Below are positions 17,617-26,668 of a stretch of DNA of 64,000 nt, piece after piece (within the stretch, counting starts at the first letter, position 1; the number at the start of each line of letters is the position of its first letter). Source of the stretch: an uncultured Bacteriovoracaceae bacterium (GTDB lineage: Bacteria > Bdellovibrionota > UBA2394). The stretch is taken from assembly GCA_964598565.1 (NCBI GenBank), contig CAZRCG010000009.1, positions 1,943-65,942 of the forward strand, written 5' to 3'. Made by a program: the position numbers and the translations under genes. The notes under the pieces are model-generated. The model was not told the DNA's origin. It worked only from the letters and a program-made list of their open reading frames with translations, and searched no databases.

Positions 17617-18324
17617 CTAAACATAATGGATAAGTCTGAGATGAGATGATTTTGGGTCGGTGGGACTAAAGGCCATCTCCGGTGTGACAGAAAAAACACG
17701 AGCGGCTTCTTTTATTTTTTCTGCCAGTAAATGGACATAATGGATCGTGGTTTTGATGTCCTTATGTCCGGCAATTTCTTGTACCGTTTTTAAGTCGAGC
17801 CCTGCACCCGTCATGAGAGTAATGGCCGTATGCCTCAGATCATGAAATCGGATCGGCTTTCCTCCCCAGGCCATGAGGTCAGGCTTAAAAGTTCGGTAAA
17901 TGAAATTATTGTGATCCACTGGATTTCCACATCCATTTTGGAAAAACGTTTGGTTGAAACCGAGCTTGTTCACCGCAATCAGATGCCTAAGTTCTCTTAA
18001 GAGTTCTTGATTGCAGGGCACGCGTCGATTTTCTTTTCCTTTCGTCGGCCGGAAATCCTTTTGCAGAAGATCATGCTGACGTTGAATATGGATTAGTCCC
18101 TCGCCTTCAAGCAGATCTCGGGGCTTTAATCCCCAGATCTCACCGGCTCTTAAGCCGGCATTCAAAGCCAAGAGGTAAACCACATAAATCCATCGATCCG
18201 TTTGATCCTTTGCGTATTTTTGATGAGCAAAAGAAAGAAAGCGAATGGCTTCTTCACGTTGCCCTTTCAGAAAAGGATGCCTTTTCCGGAGCTGAGCCAA
18301 TGCCTCCGATAATCTCTCCGTCAT
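17617..18324 (-). CDS. Tyrosine integrase, catalytic domain only (N-terminally truncated)
   Basis: GLRAGE (R), PTKG (K), HDLRH (HxxR), AGH and TIHY (Y) all present; only 235 aa, with no arm-binding or core-binding region. Confidence 0.85.
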   Translation of the reverse strand: MTERLSEALAQLRKRHPFLKGQREEAIRFLSFAHQKYAKDQTDRWIYVVYLLALNAGLRAGEIWGLKPRDLLEGEGLIHIQRQHDLLQKDFRPTKGKENRRVPCNQELLRELRHLIAVNKLGFNQTFFQNGCGNPVDHNNFIYRTFKPDLMAWGGKPIRFHDLRHTAITLMTGAGLDLKTVQEIAGHKDIKTTIHYVHLLAEKIKEAARVFSVTPEMAFSPTDPKSSHLRLIHYV

Positions 18325-18657
18325 TAATATAGATGACAGTTTTCAGTCGAAGTTGCGTTTCTTTGACGTGTGATTTGAAAAAATAAATTCTTCTGGTCCA
18401 ACCTCTATCTTGAACTCTTTCTTCCAGTGCAGCCAAAGGGACATCAGTGCTTAAGTTTACGAGACCCAATACGAATTGACAAAAACCTTATTCTATCAGG
18501 CTTTCCCCTATTGGGGCGTGTTTTGGTTATGTGTCATGCGTTAGACTGAGAGGAGCGATGAAGAAGTCAACCAGGGCGGTTGGTTTGGTGGTCCTGGATG
18601 CTTCAGTTTTTAAAAAAATACTTGGCGACATTTCGAGTCAAAACTCACAATAAAGAT

Positions 18658-19131
18658 ATGAAAAAAATTCCTCTTTTTATGACGTTTATAGTAACCCTCG
18701 CAACTTCTCTGTTGGCACGCGAAGGAGTTCTCGAATGTGAGCCGGGGTTATCGTTAGCGAAAGGCAATGAGAGATATATTCCTGCTCTTCCAGAGAAAAA
18801 GTTTTCTGTAGAAGTAACCAATGAAACTGAAAATTTTCAGGTAGAAAAAATTTTTTCTTCTGAAGACTTTGTCGACTCACCACGGTTTGGTGGTGTCATA
18901 AGTATCCGCCTTTATGGAGATCGCGTCCTCGATGCTTCTGAAATCATGCGGATGAGTGTAACTGTAGAGCATCTTTCTCATTCTGACCTCCATTCCGCCA
19001 AGGTTTACGCGGAAGCGGTACAGGTAGCTGATTTTGGGTCCTCTCTTGGGTTTGGGTTAAGGTCGCATCATCGACAACTCTATCGAGCTGCACTCCATTG
19101 TAATTTTCAGCCGAAGCTGGTCGATGAATAA
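18658..19131 (+). CDS. Hypothetical secreted protein (island B cargo)
   Basis: Signal peptide MKKIPLFMTFIVTLATSLLA from ATG 18658; the ORF track starts at 18580. Confidence 0.65.
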   Translation: MKKIPLFMTFIVTLATSLLAREGVLECEPGLSLAKGNERYIPALPEKKFSVEVTNETENFQVEKIFSSEDFVDSPRFGGVISIRLYGDRVLDASEIMRMSVTVEHLSHSDLHSAKVYAEAVQVADFGSSLGFGLRSHHRQLYRAALHCNFQPKLVDE

Positions 19132-19225
19132 TCGACCAGCAATCAAGGTGTTTTAAAATTTTCACCTGTGGATCGCGAGTCGCTTACTTTACTTCATTGT
19201 TTCTGAAAGCGCTCCTGTGAAGCAG

Positions 19226-20059
19226 CTAAAGTTTTTTTTCGAGAGACTCAAGAAAATTGCGGAAAGCTTCCTCAAAACGAGGCGCTTCTGCGATGTTTCC
19301 TGTAGCACTGGCCCATCCTCTTTCTAAGACGGTAAAGTTCATCTGCCGCAGTTCTTCAACAAAGTTTTGGGGAATGGGGGTATCACAATGATGAAAAGTC
19401 CTTCGAATGGCTTCTTTCAAAATCGTGGGGTCGGCTTGGGGAACGAACAAAGAAAGATCCAAAATGTCCTTTGATCGAGAGTTTAGCGCCCCGCGTGACA
19501 TTAGAGCCTGAAGCTTTTCCGCAATCATGGTTTCAAGCGGATAAACTTTCCAACTTAAATCTTCGTCTCCCAGCAGAGAATGAGTTCGGGTTTGAAGCGG
19601 CTCGGGCGTAACAGGGTCTCCAAAGCCAATATCTAAATGAATAATCTGAGCGCGCTTTAAATCGAAAAGTGGCTCTCCAATACCAGCTCTGAAAATAAAG
19701 CGCATGCCGCCATATTCCCCTTGAGTTTCAAGATCCACAGTCTCCTGAAAATGAAACCATGCGGCATCATCGATGCTGACACTTGCGGCAGTCTTTACAG
19801 TTTCAATTAAGGCGTCGCCTCGAATGTGATCTGCGAGAGCATCCAAGTCAACCGTGTAGCGAGGAGACCCATAGAGTCGCATCGCAACAAATCCACCTTT
19901 AAAGATCAGCTTCTCACTCAGCGAAGAGTTATGCAGAAGTCTTGCTAAGAGTCGCTCGATCAAAAACTCTGTCATGATATGCTGAAAAGCGACCTTCCGT
20001 TTCTGTGCAATATTGGAGAGCCGCTTATGGATGGACTTGGCTTGATCTTTTAGACTCAT
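19226..20059 (-). CDS. AbiEii-family nucleotidyltransferase toxin
   Basis: ERLLARL, IFKGG, RYTVDLD, ETMIAEKLQA and SRSKDILDL motifs. Confidence 0.92.
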   Translation of the reverse strand: MSLKDQAKSIHKRLSNIAQKRKVAFQHIMTEFLIERLLARLLHNSSLSEKLIFKGGFVAMRLYGSPRYTVDLDALADHIRGDALIETVKTAASVSIDDAAWFHFQETVDLETQGEYGGMRFIFRAGIGEPLFDLKRAQIIHLDIGFGDPVTPEPLQTRTHSLLGDEDLSWKVYPLETMIAEKLQALMSRGALNSRSKDILDLSLFVPQADPTILKEAIRRTFHHCDTPIPQNFVEELRQMNFTVLERGWASATGNIAEAPRFEEAFRNFLESLEKKL

Positions 20060-20643
20060 GCTGTAATCGCCTCCCAGTGTTTCAGTAATTGAGGAAGCAG
20101 CTTTAAATTTTTAGCTGCCGACTCCAACTTAAGAGGGGTTGTCATTTTTTGGGTGAGCGCCGTTCTCACGGCTTTCAAAGCCACTTGGAGTCCTATCTTT
20201 GATGAATATCGAAGGGCTTCAATGAGGGTGCGCTCTAAATTAGTGATTCGGTAGGTTCCGTGATCCACAATCTCCTTGTGGAGAGGAGTTTGAGCTCGTA
20301 TACATCGATATACTGGTTTCCAACTTCGTTTTGAAGGCGGCACCATGACCCAAATCTGTCTTGGAGGTTCTTCCGTAAGGCGGTAATGAAACAGAGCCGT
20401 CAGTCCCCCAATAACAGATTTTTTTCCAAGAGATTTACAGGCCACTGCAAAATCCACCTCTTCCGCTTGAAGGGAAGACTCTTTAGGAAGAAAAAGCCCG
20501 TGGCCTACTTTTTGAATGTGATCATCTTCTGCAAGTCGATAAAGGGTGCGGCTCGAGACTCCAAGCTTTTCAGCATTCTTGACAGTAATGAGTTCTAGAC
20601 CCTTGAGCTTCTTAAGAAGGGTTTCAGTCGATGGAGGGCGCAT
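20056..20643 (-). CDS. AbiEi-family type IV antitoxin
   Basis: wHTH N-terminus (AEKLGVSSRTLYRL...KVGHGLF), GGLTALFHYRLT, ITNLERTLIEA; 4-bp overlap with the toxin gene. Confidence 0.9.
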   Translation of the reverse strand: MRPPSTETLLKKLKGLELITVKNAEKLGVSSRTLYRLAEDDHIQKVGHGLFLPKESSLQAEEVDFAVACKSLGKKSVIGGLTALFHYRLTEEPPRQIWVMVPPSKRSWKPVYRCIRAQTPLHKEIVDHGTYRITNLERTLIEALRYSSKIGLQVALKAVRTALTQKMTTPLKLESAAKNLKLLPQLLKHWEAITA

Positions 20644-20711
20644 AAAACATTATGTCACAAAATATCCAAAATTTCAAAAAAATGGATACTTTGTGACATA
20701 ATGTTTTATGC
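20640..20711 (-). promoter_or_regulatory. abiE promoter inside a 22-bp perfect inverted repeat (putative AbiEi operator)
   Basis: GCATAAAACATTATGTCACAAA (20640-61) / TTTGTGACATAATGTTTTATGC (20690-711). On the minus strand, TTGAAA (20677-72), 17 bp, CATAAT (20654-49), with the ATG 5 nt later. Confidence 0.75.
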
Positions 20712-20804
20712 ACCAAAACAAATGAATTTCATAGGTTTTGATGTCTAAAATATATGAGGTGACCCCGCGTCCATAGACGACCTTGCGCCGGTGATTTTCC
20801 TGAG

Positions 20805-20825
20805 CGTGGTACACCGATGGTACAC
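20805..20825 (+). repeat. Island B right arm-type repeat (CGTGGTACAC)C(GATGGTACAC)
   Basis: Same motif as 17534-17554; both copies are followed by CCCGAAAT. Confidence 0.75.
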
Positions 20826-20942
20826 AAGATCCCGAAATTCACCGAATTTCCCCGTATCAACCAGAAGTAAAAACATAAGCTAACTCCTCAGAATAATTTA
20901 GTTTTTTGTTTAATTTCAACGACTTAGCATTTTATGTCGAAC

Positions 20943-21022
20943 GGATTCATAACCCCTAGGTCGGCAGTTCGATCCTGCCCCGAACCACCATTTATTCGGC
21001 CCGCAGGGCCGATAAAATGAAC
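20943..21022 (+). repeat. att copy 2: tRNA-Met 3' part plus 32 bp of downstream flank
   Basis: 80 bp identical to 13599-13678. Confidence 0.95.
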
Positions 21023-21025
21023 AGT

Positions 21026-21046
21026 AAGCCTCTTCGGAGGCTTTTT
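21026..21046 (+). terminator. Rho-independent terminator
   Basis: AAGCCTC-TTCG-GAGGCTT followed by TTT; lies between the att copy and a convergent gene. Confidence 0.75.
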
Positions 21047-21075
21047 AAGTTTTCGAGACCCCTTCGTTGCCCTAC

Positions 21076-22365
21076 TTAGAGTAGATTGAGAGCGGTCTTC
21101 GGTGTGCCGAGCCTGTGAGATGACAATGACAGGCCCCAGGTTTTCGCGGCGATGGTCACGATGGCTTTCATACGATGACTGTAAAGATGGTCTCGCAGCA
21201 GGCGCTCTCTGCCTGCTTTGGCAATAGCGAGACGCTGTGAATCTTCCTTCGTGTAATATCTAATTTTATCGTCTCTCTCTTCAGACGATTGGTAAGAAAC
21301 AATTTCTTGTGGTGAAAACATGATATCAAGATCTTCACGATAGTCGGTAAGTGGAAAGCCTCCTGCGCTGAGTATCAAAAGAGGACGTTCATGCACGGCA
21401 GATGCAAATTGAAACTTTGTGAAGCAAAACGACAGTTTCGAAGCCGTGAAGAGAGAATACATATGCGCTTCGTGTAGTCGAGGTGTCATGCGTTGAGAGG
21501 CCTGCACCACGGGCAAAAACGTCTTCCAATGGTCTCCGCCGTACACTTTGAGGCCGAACTGCCGTACTAAATATCGAATCGACTTTGTGAGGCGCCACCA
21601 TGAATAGTAGGTATTCAGGTAAGAATACGTTTCTTCCCATGCTGCTGCTTCAATCTCAGACAACCCAAGTTTTAAAGAGTTCAGCGTGTCTCGAAATTGA
21701 TGGCCATTGGCAATCGGTCGGCAAAAAAGATCTTCGATATGCCGATGAATGAAAGAAATGGTCGCTGGATACGAATGACAAAGCCGAACAGCCAGATTCA
21801 TTTTAAAAAAATAATCGAAGGCATCATCAGATTCGAAGGGTTCAGGGGCCGCAAAAATCTGACTTCCCACATAGGATATAGCACACGCTAGGATGCGGCG
21901 AGCCCCCGCATAACGGGGCGCATTCTGAAAATAGAAGGTAGAAGCGTCTGCAGCAATCGGCAAATGGTATGCATCTTGACCTTGATTAAGCAGAGTCTGT
22001 ACATCAGGGCGATCGACACAAAACACAATGCCATTAGCGAGTTTTCGCTTTAAGCGCCACGCTCGACGTAAGATGCCGTGATCTTGAAAATCCATGGCGT
22101 CGTGATACCAGACAACGACTTTGTATTGCTTTTGAGTAAATAGAAAGTCGTAGACCTCTCTCAGGTTGCCAGAGGGATGAATAAGATGAAAATTTCTTAA
22201 AATTAAAAAGTCAAAAGGTTCGTGCTGTTTTAGAACTGCCAATATTGCAGGGAGCTCTTGAATGGAATTTACATCGATCAGTGTGCATTCCATCTGGCTC
22301 TGCTTAAGTCCTAGCGACATAGCTAAGGACCATTTGTCTCCAAAGGTAGGAATAATACACTTCAC
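21076..22365 (-). CDS. CgeB/Glyco_trans_1_2-like glycosyltransferase
   Basis: C-terminal YGG..W, GGFPLTD, IRYY....R..IA..GRERLLRDHLYSHR pattern; paralog of the genes at 58158-61995. Start moved to GTG 22365 (RBS AGAGG). Confidence 0.8.
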   Translation of the reverse strand: MKCIIPTFGDKWSLAMSLGLKQSQMECTLIDVNSIQELPAILAVLKQHEPFDFLILRNFHLIHPSGNLREVYDFLFTQKQYKVVVWYHDAMDFQDHGILRRAWRLKRKLANGIVFCVDRPDVQTLLNQGQDAYHLPIAADASTFYFQNAPRYAGARRILACAISYVGSQIFAAPEPFESDDAFDYFFKMNLAVRLCHSYPATISFIHRHIEDLFCRPIANGHQFRDTLNSLKLGLSEIEAAAWEETYSYLNTYYSWWRLTKSIRYLVRQFGLKVYGGDHWKTFLPVVQASQRMTPRLHEAHMYSLFTASKLSFCFTKFQFASAVHERPLLILSAGGFPLTDYREDLDIMFSPQEIVSYQSSEERDDKIRYYTKEDSQRLAIAKAGRERLLRDHLYSHRMKAIVTIAAKTWGLSLSSHRLGTPKTALNLL

Positions 22366-22517
22366 CCTCTGACATTTTAGGCCTACTTGTAAATTTTCGC
22401 TATGCAATTCTGTTGACCCAGCGCTCCTTCATCGCACTCACGCACACGACGTTTTACGTTTGAGTCGGTAATAAATTTACAAGTAGGCCTCATGATGGCG
22501 TGAGACCGAGGGACTCA

Positions 22518-25500
22518 CTATCTGAACAGAGCAAGAAATCTTGAACAACCCACAGAGAGAGAACTTATAAACGCCTCTTTCGCGGGCCTCATTGAGCCGC
22601 CTGCAGAACCGCCGCTGTCATCCGAGCTTAAAAATCGTTTTCGAAACCCATTCGCGACGCTTGCCATACCGGCATAACCATGGAGGCTGGGGTCCGCTGG
22701 CGGATGTAAGAGCATATAGTCTCGCAACGACACCGCCGTACTTCGTAGCGTTTCAACACTCAAATCACGTCGAAGGCGAGCTTGGTCAACAACAGCCGCT
22801 GGGATGGACGCTTCGTGATGATGATAAAGCGCTGTTGCTTTCAAAATGACTAAAAACAACGTTTTAGCATTATTCTCAGACGATTCCTTCTCAGCTTGCA
22901 TGATCGCTTGTTGAATCTCATTTAAGATCTTTTCATAACCCAGCCTAACCTGAGCCCCTCGACCAATAATTTGCAGAGCCTTATGAAATCCGTAGAGTCC
23001 AACCCAAACTTGTAGGGCCTGAAACGACGTCACAGCGTCGGCTATTTCCCAAACATATCCAAAGCCAAAAAGCCCAATGACGGTTGTTAAAATGCCAATT
23101 GTCCACGAGGCAGCGCCCTTTTGAATGGCATTCACCGCCATTACCGCTGGCGGCTGTGAGATAGCATGACCAATGAGGCCTTCGATTTTAGTAGTTAACT
23201 GAGCATCCAAACTATCCGTGATCTCAAGATTCTTCGGGAAATCCTTTCCGTGGCGTTCGTACAAACTCGCCAAGCGGTTGCTCAGGTCGACACTAGCATG
23301 GGCCGCCTCTTTTTTGAGAGTCTCTGTAGATGATGAATCCTCTAGCTGAGCCCTACGAACCATCATTCGAAACAGAATATCGGCCAACTTACCGCGCGTT
23401 TCCGATCGGTCCGTATCGGCAACTCGAAAACCGAGCCCATTCCACACCCACCAAATGCGATAGCCCACATAGGCCCAGGCCATTGACAAAGTACCTCTGA
23501 CAAATGATCGATTGGTAATTTCGGGCAACTCTGAAATAGCCGAACGAGGCCCGTTGGCCTCTAAGGCCTCCCATCCATACGAAAGGAAAGCCAAACCCAT
23601 CGTCACGACAAAGAATATTTTAATATACTTTATCTCAGCTTCCGCGAATTTTTTGCCTAAACGAGCCACCCCTTCCCAGAATCTCAACCCCGAATAGCCC
23701 TGCAAATAGTCTTTCTCGCTCTCTGCAATGGAGGCTGCGCCCGTACGAACCAGCAAGCCCTGAATTCTCGCCACGGCAAAGTCTTCAAAATCTTCGGTAG
23801 GTCTGTAAGACTCATTAAGCTTTTGGGACTGCTCTTTGGCCCAAACCCTCACCTCTGTGGGCGCTGTAGAACTCCATAGACCGGCATTCAAGCCAACTTC
23901 GCCGACATCAAACTTTATACTTCCCAAACCAAAGAAGACCTTATCGGTGGCCACCAGATATTCGGCTCTTGCCGGATCAATCGAGCTGAACGTCGGAGAA
24001 AATATAGAACAGGGGTACGTCGTAAGCAGATCAATATACGAATTATAAAGTGAAGCATCGACAACCTCTTTCGGGACTTCGGCTCTATAGTACTCGTAGT
24101 AGCTTCTATTCTGTCCTGCGAATCTCTGAATTATGCGATCAATCAAGTTACTGCGTTTTAAGGTCTGCAGTTTCAATCGTTCTTCCTCGATCAACCCCGA
24201 GGAAATCGAACGAAGATGCTCTTGAAGATTCTGATTGTTTTGAAGACTCGTGCGCACATTGAGCAGCGATCCTTCGTCCACAACCGCAAGACCTCTATGA
24301 TGACTTTCAAGGGTATTCCACACTTCGAGAGATACAAGCGCACTTCTCTCCAGAAAGGACTTCCATTTTTGAGGCCCCAAAGATTCCTGAAGTTTTACGA
24401 AGTCTAAGCTTTCCGCTGTTTTCAGAAGTCCCTGATCGACTAAGGCAGAAAGAATCAAAGTAAGACTCGTATGGTTTGTCACAATGGAAAGAGCCTCCAT
24501 TTTCTTTTGGAGGCTAATGACATCGGGGACGGAAGCTCGATGGTCTCGATAAAGCTGAGGACTAATTCCACGACGAGCTGTTTCAATGAGTTCCTCAAAG
24601 TAATGCTCTCGAGGCGGTTCCTCCTGATGGTGCGACCGAGCCCAAAGAGACTTCACATGATGTACCGTCGCGTCAAGGTCTCGCGCCCAGAACGATTTAT
24701 ACGACTGCAATACCCTAGCAAAAAGACGAAGCGCCATAGAGTAGAATACCGTTAAACCACCGCCTATGGTTTTTGGAACCTCGTGGCCAAGCAAACGAGG
24801 GGCGAAGCCCGGAAAGAAATAACGCAAACTCCCTATGATCAAACCCGTTGCCGCCGCCATACGAAAAAGAAACTTCTGCCAATAATAGACACTGGGACCC
24901 TGTGCCCCCCCCACGGATGATAAGTCGAACGCCAAGACACGATGATCGAGATGCCTGAAAAAGTGATCGGCTGGCACCAAATGGAGCACAGAATTAATCA
25001 GGGTTGTAACCGTAAAATGTAAAGACTCCCCATATGATGTGAACGAAAGATCGCCCGACATGGCCGTTCCGACCGCCGCGACCGAAGCAATGGGTAGGGC
25101 CCCTAACCACACTATCTTTTCTCCCACATAGCGCGCTCCAGAAATACAAGACGCCGCCACATAACTCCACTTTCGCAACTTACGTTCTTCAGTAATTTCA
25201 GCCTCAAGCAAACCTACCTGGGTACTAACACGTGCCTCGAGTGAGTCAGGGGGGGGCTGAAGACGATTCGCTACTGTGGGTCTTTTTTCTGTATCGAGTG
25301 AATAAGCATAGAGATAAGCATAAAATCCGAGCATCTTTAGGAGACGGTGACTAATGAGATTGGGATCTTCTAAAGGATGTTGCTTCCACTCATCGGTTCG
25401 TGAGCCTGCCATCGCCGTCGTCATTGCGGTTTCTGCCGCAAATCGAGGCCACGCTCGTCCCCTCAATAGATGATCCACCATCTCAGGCTGAGCACCATTC

Positions 25501-26513
25501 ACCACGCCGGCCGGCGCAGAAAGAATAGGAGGAAGCTGCGAAATATCGTCAATTCGCTGAGCTAAGTTGGTACGAGCCAACATGATCTCAGCGTGGGTTC
25601 TGCCAGAAAGCGCAATTTCAGCTAATAAAATCGTGTCTTCCACATAGAATTTATCGCCGATTTGACGGCCTACAAGAATATCGCCGTAACGCAAAGACTG
25701 ACGTAGGACAGCAAGTGTTTCTGGGTTGCCGTGAAAAAGCTCGCTCTTCTTGACAGCATCAAAAAATTCCAGATGCACGTCAGCATCTATGGTCTGCGCC
25801 TGCGAAATAAGTGAGGAGACGATCGTCCTTACAAAGCCCACCGCGGTCGGCCCGCCATCTCCAAAGCTATTGGCTTGAAAGAGAAATTCTCGGGGCATGA
25901 GAACACTTAAGAAGTCTCCGTTTTTCAAAAGAATATGAATATGCTGATCATCATGAAGAACACTCTGCACCCCTGGAATCTCGAAGGTCTGAGTATAAGC
26001 CACCCCTCGCGGCAGAGGCCTACCCTGACAAGACACAAGCTTGATTCGCAATCGAGAAGGTTGATTGTTTTGCTCAGGAACAATCTCTATTTTAATATCG
26101 TCTTTTAAACTCCAGTTCAGTGGAGGATTCACATAGTCTGCATTGGGCTCCCCTAGAGTCCATTGGTTGATCAGATTACCCTGCTTATTGTAAAGTTCGA
26201 CGATCTGTCCCAACATATAATGAGGGTCAATTCTCGCAATCGCAGAATCTCGCCCGGCGGCACGATCTCGCTTCATTTGCAGTTCTGCGATTTTTGCAGC
26301 GTCGCCCGACAGGGGCTGCGTGAGAAACGAAAGGGCATTCTCTATCAACGGGGGTGATGCGGCGGCCGCTCCAGAGCCTTCAATCAAAAACGTCTCGGCG
26401 TTCGACCCAGACGTTTCCGCCCAGGTTGAAAAAGGAGAAAAAACCAAAGCAAACAGGAGAAGATTACAGATAATAGAGAAAAGAGACGATTTTCTGATAA
26501 GTCTTATACTCAT
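22518..26513 (-). CDS. Large hypothetical exported multi-TM protein (1331 aa)
   Basis: Long ORF with Sec-type signal peptide and several hydrophobic segments; no family recognised. Confidence 0.8.
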   Translation of the reverse strand: MSIRLIRKSSLFSIICNLLLFALVFSPFSTWAETSGSNAETFLIEGSGAAAASPPLIENALSFLTQPLSGDAAKIAELQMKRDRAAGRDSAIARIDPHYMLGQIVELYNKQGNLINQWTLGEPNADYVNPPLNWSLKDDIKIEIVPEQNNQPSRLRIKLVSCQGRPLPRGVAYTQTFEIPGVQSVLHDDQHIHILLKNGDFLSVLMPREFLFQANSFGDGGPTAVGFVRTIVSSLISQAQTIDADVHLEFFDAVKKSELFHGNPETLAVLRQSLRYGDILVGRQIGDKFYVEDTILLAEIALSGRTHAEIMLARTNLAQRIDDISQLPPILSAPAGVVNGAQPEMVDHLLRGRAWPRFAAETAMTTAMAGSRTDEWKQHPLEDPNLISHRLLKMLGFYAYLYAYSLDTEKRPTVANRLQPPPDSLEARVSTQVGLLEAEITEERKLRKWSYVAASCISGARYVGEKIVWLGALPIASVAAVGTAMSGDLSFTSYGESLHFTVTTLINSVLHLVPADHFFRHLDHRVLAFDLSSVGGAQGPSVYYWQKFLFRMAAATGLIIGSLRYFFPGFAPRLLGHEVPKTIGGGLTVFYSMALRLFARVLQSYKSFWARDLDATVHHVKSLWARSHHQEEPPREHYFEELIETARRGISPQLYRDHRASVPDVISLQKKMEALSIVTNHTSLTLILSALVDQGLLKTAESLDFVKLQESLGPQKWKSFLERSALVSLEVWNTLESHHRGLAVVDEGSLLNVRTSLQNNQNLQEHLRSISSGLIEEERLKLQTLKRSNLIDRIIQRFAGQNRSYYEYYRAEVPKEVVDASLYNSYIDLLTTYPCSIFSPTFSSIDPARAEYLVATDKVFFGLGSIKFDVGEVGLNAGLWSSTAPTEVRVWAKEQSQKLNESYRPTEDFEDFAVARIQGLLVRTGAASIAESEKDYLQGYSGLRFWEGVARLGKKFAEAEIKYIKIFFVVTMGLAFLSYGWEALEANGPRSAISELPEITNRSFVRGTLSMAWAYVGYRIWWVWNGLGFRVADTDRSETRGKLADILFRMMVRRAQLEDSSSTETLKKEAAHASVDLSNRLASLYERHGKDFPKNLEITDSLDAQLTTKIEGLIGHAISQPPAVMAVNAIQKGAASWTIGILTTVIGLFGFGYVWEIADAVTSFQALQVWVGLYGFHKALQIIGRGAQVRLGYEKILNEIQQAIMQAEKESSENNAKTLFLVILKATALYHHHEASIPAAVVDQARLRRDLSVETLRSTAVSLRDYMLLHPPADPSLHGYAGMASVANGFRKRFLSSDDSGGSAGGSMRPAKEAFISSLSVGCSRFLALFR

Positions 26514-26668
26514 ACGATATTGCTAACCCTCAACTTGAAGCTATAAACAACCCCTGCGCCACACGAAGCATCAAGGGCCGCTTAGAATCTGTCCATGTAC
26601 AAATGAGACTTTGCTAATCGATCGTCATTTAATAGTCAATGAGGTTCGGATGCCCGAGATCTGGCCCT

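Larger units (their letters stand above)
17489..20990. mobile_element. tRNA-Met-integrated mini-island B (truncated integrase, secreted protein, AbiE TA)
   Basis: Flanked by tRNA 3' copies at 17438-17488 and 20943-20990; own arm-type repeats; IHF-like site TTTCAACGACTTA at 20914-20926. Confidence 0.85.

Noticed and set aside
18254-18469. 71-aa ORF upstream of integrase B as its missing N-terminus or an excisionase
   Set aside because: No integrase or HTH-like features visible; may be debris of deleted cargo
20635-20660. dif-like site AGGGCGCATAA-AACA-TTATGTCACAA
   Set aside because: The arms resemble XerC/XerD boxes, but the spacer is 4 bp rather than 6, and the sequence is explained by the abiEi start plus operator
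13570-21022. CRISPR array or three tRNA genes
   Set aside because: The repeats are tRNA 3' fragments spaced by kilobases, the two downstream copies lack the 5' half, and no cas genes are present
26552-26567. Sigma54-like TGGCGC-N5-TTGTT upstream of the 1331-aa gene
   Set aside because: The invariant C of the -12 GC is missing; coordinates approximate
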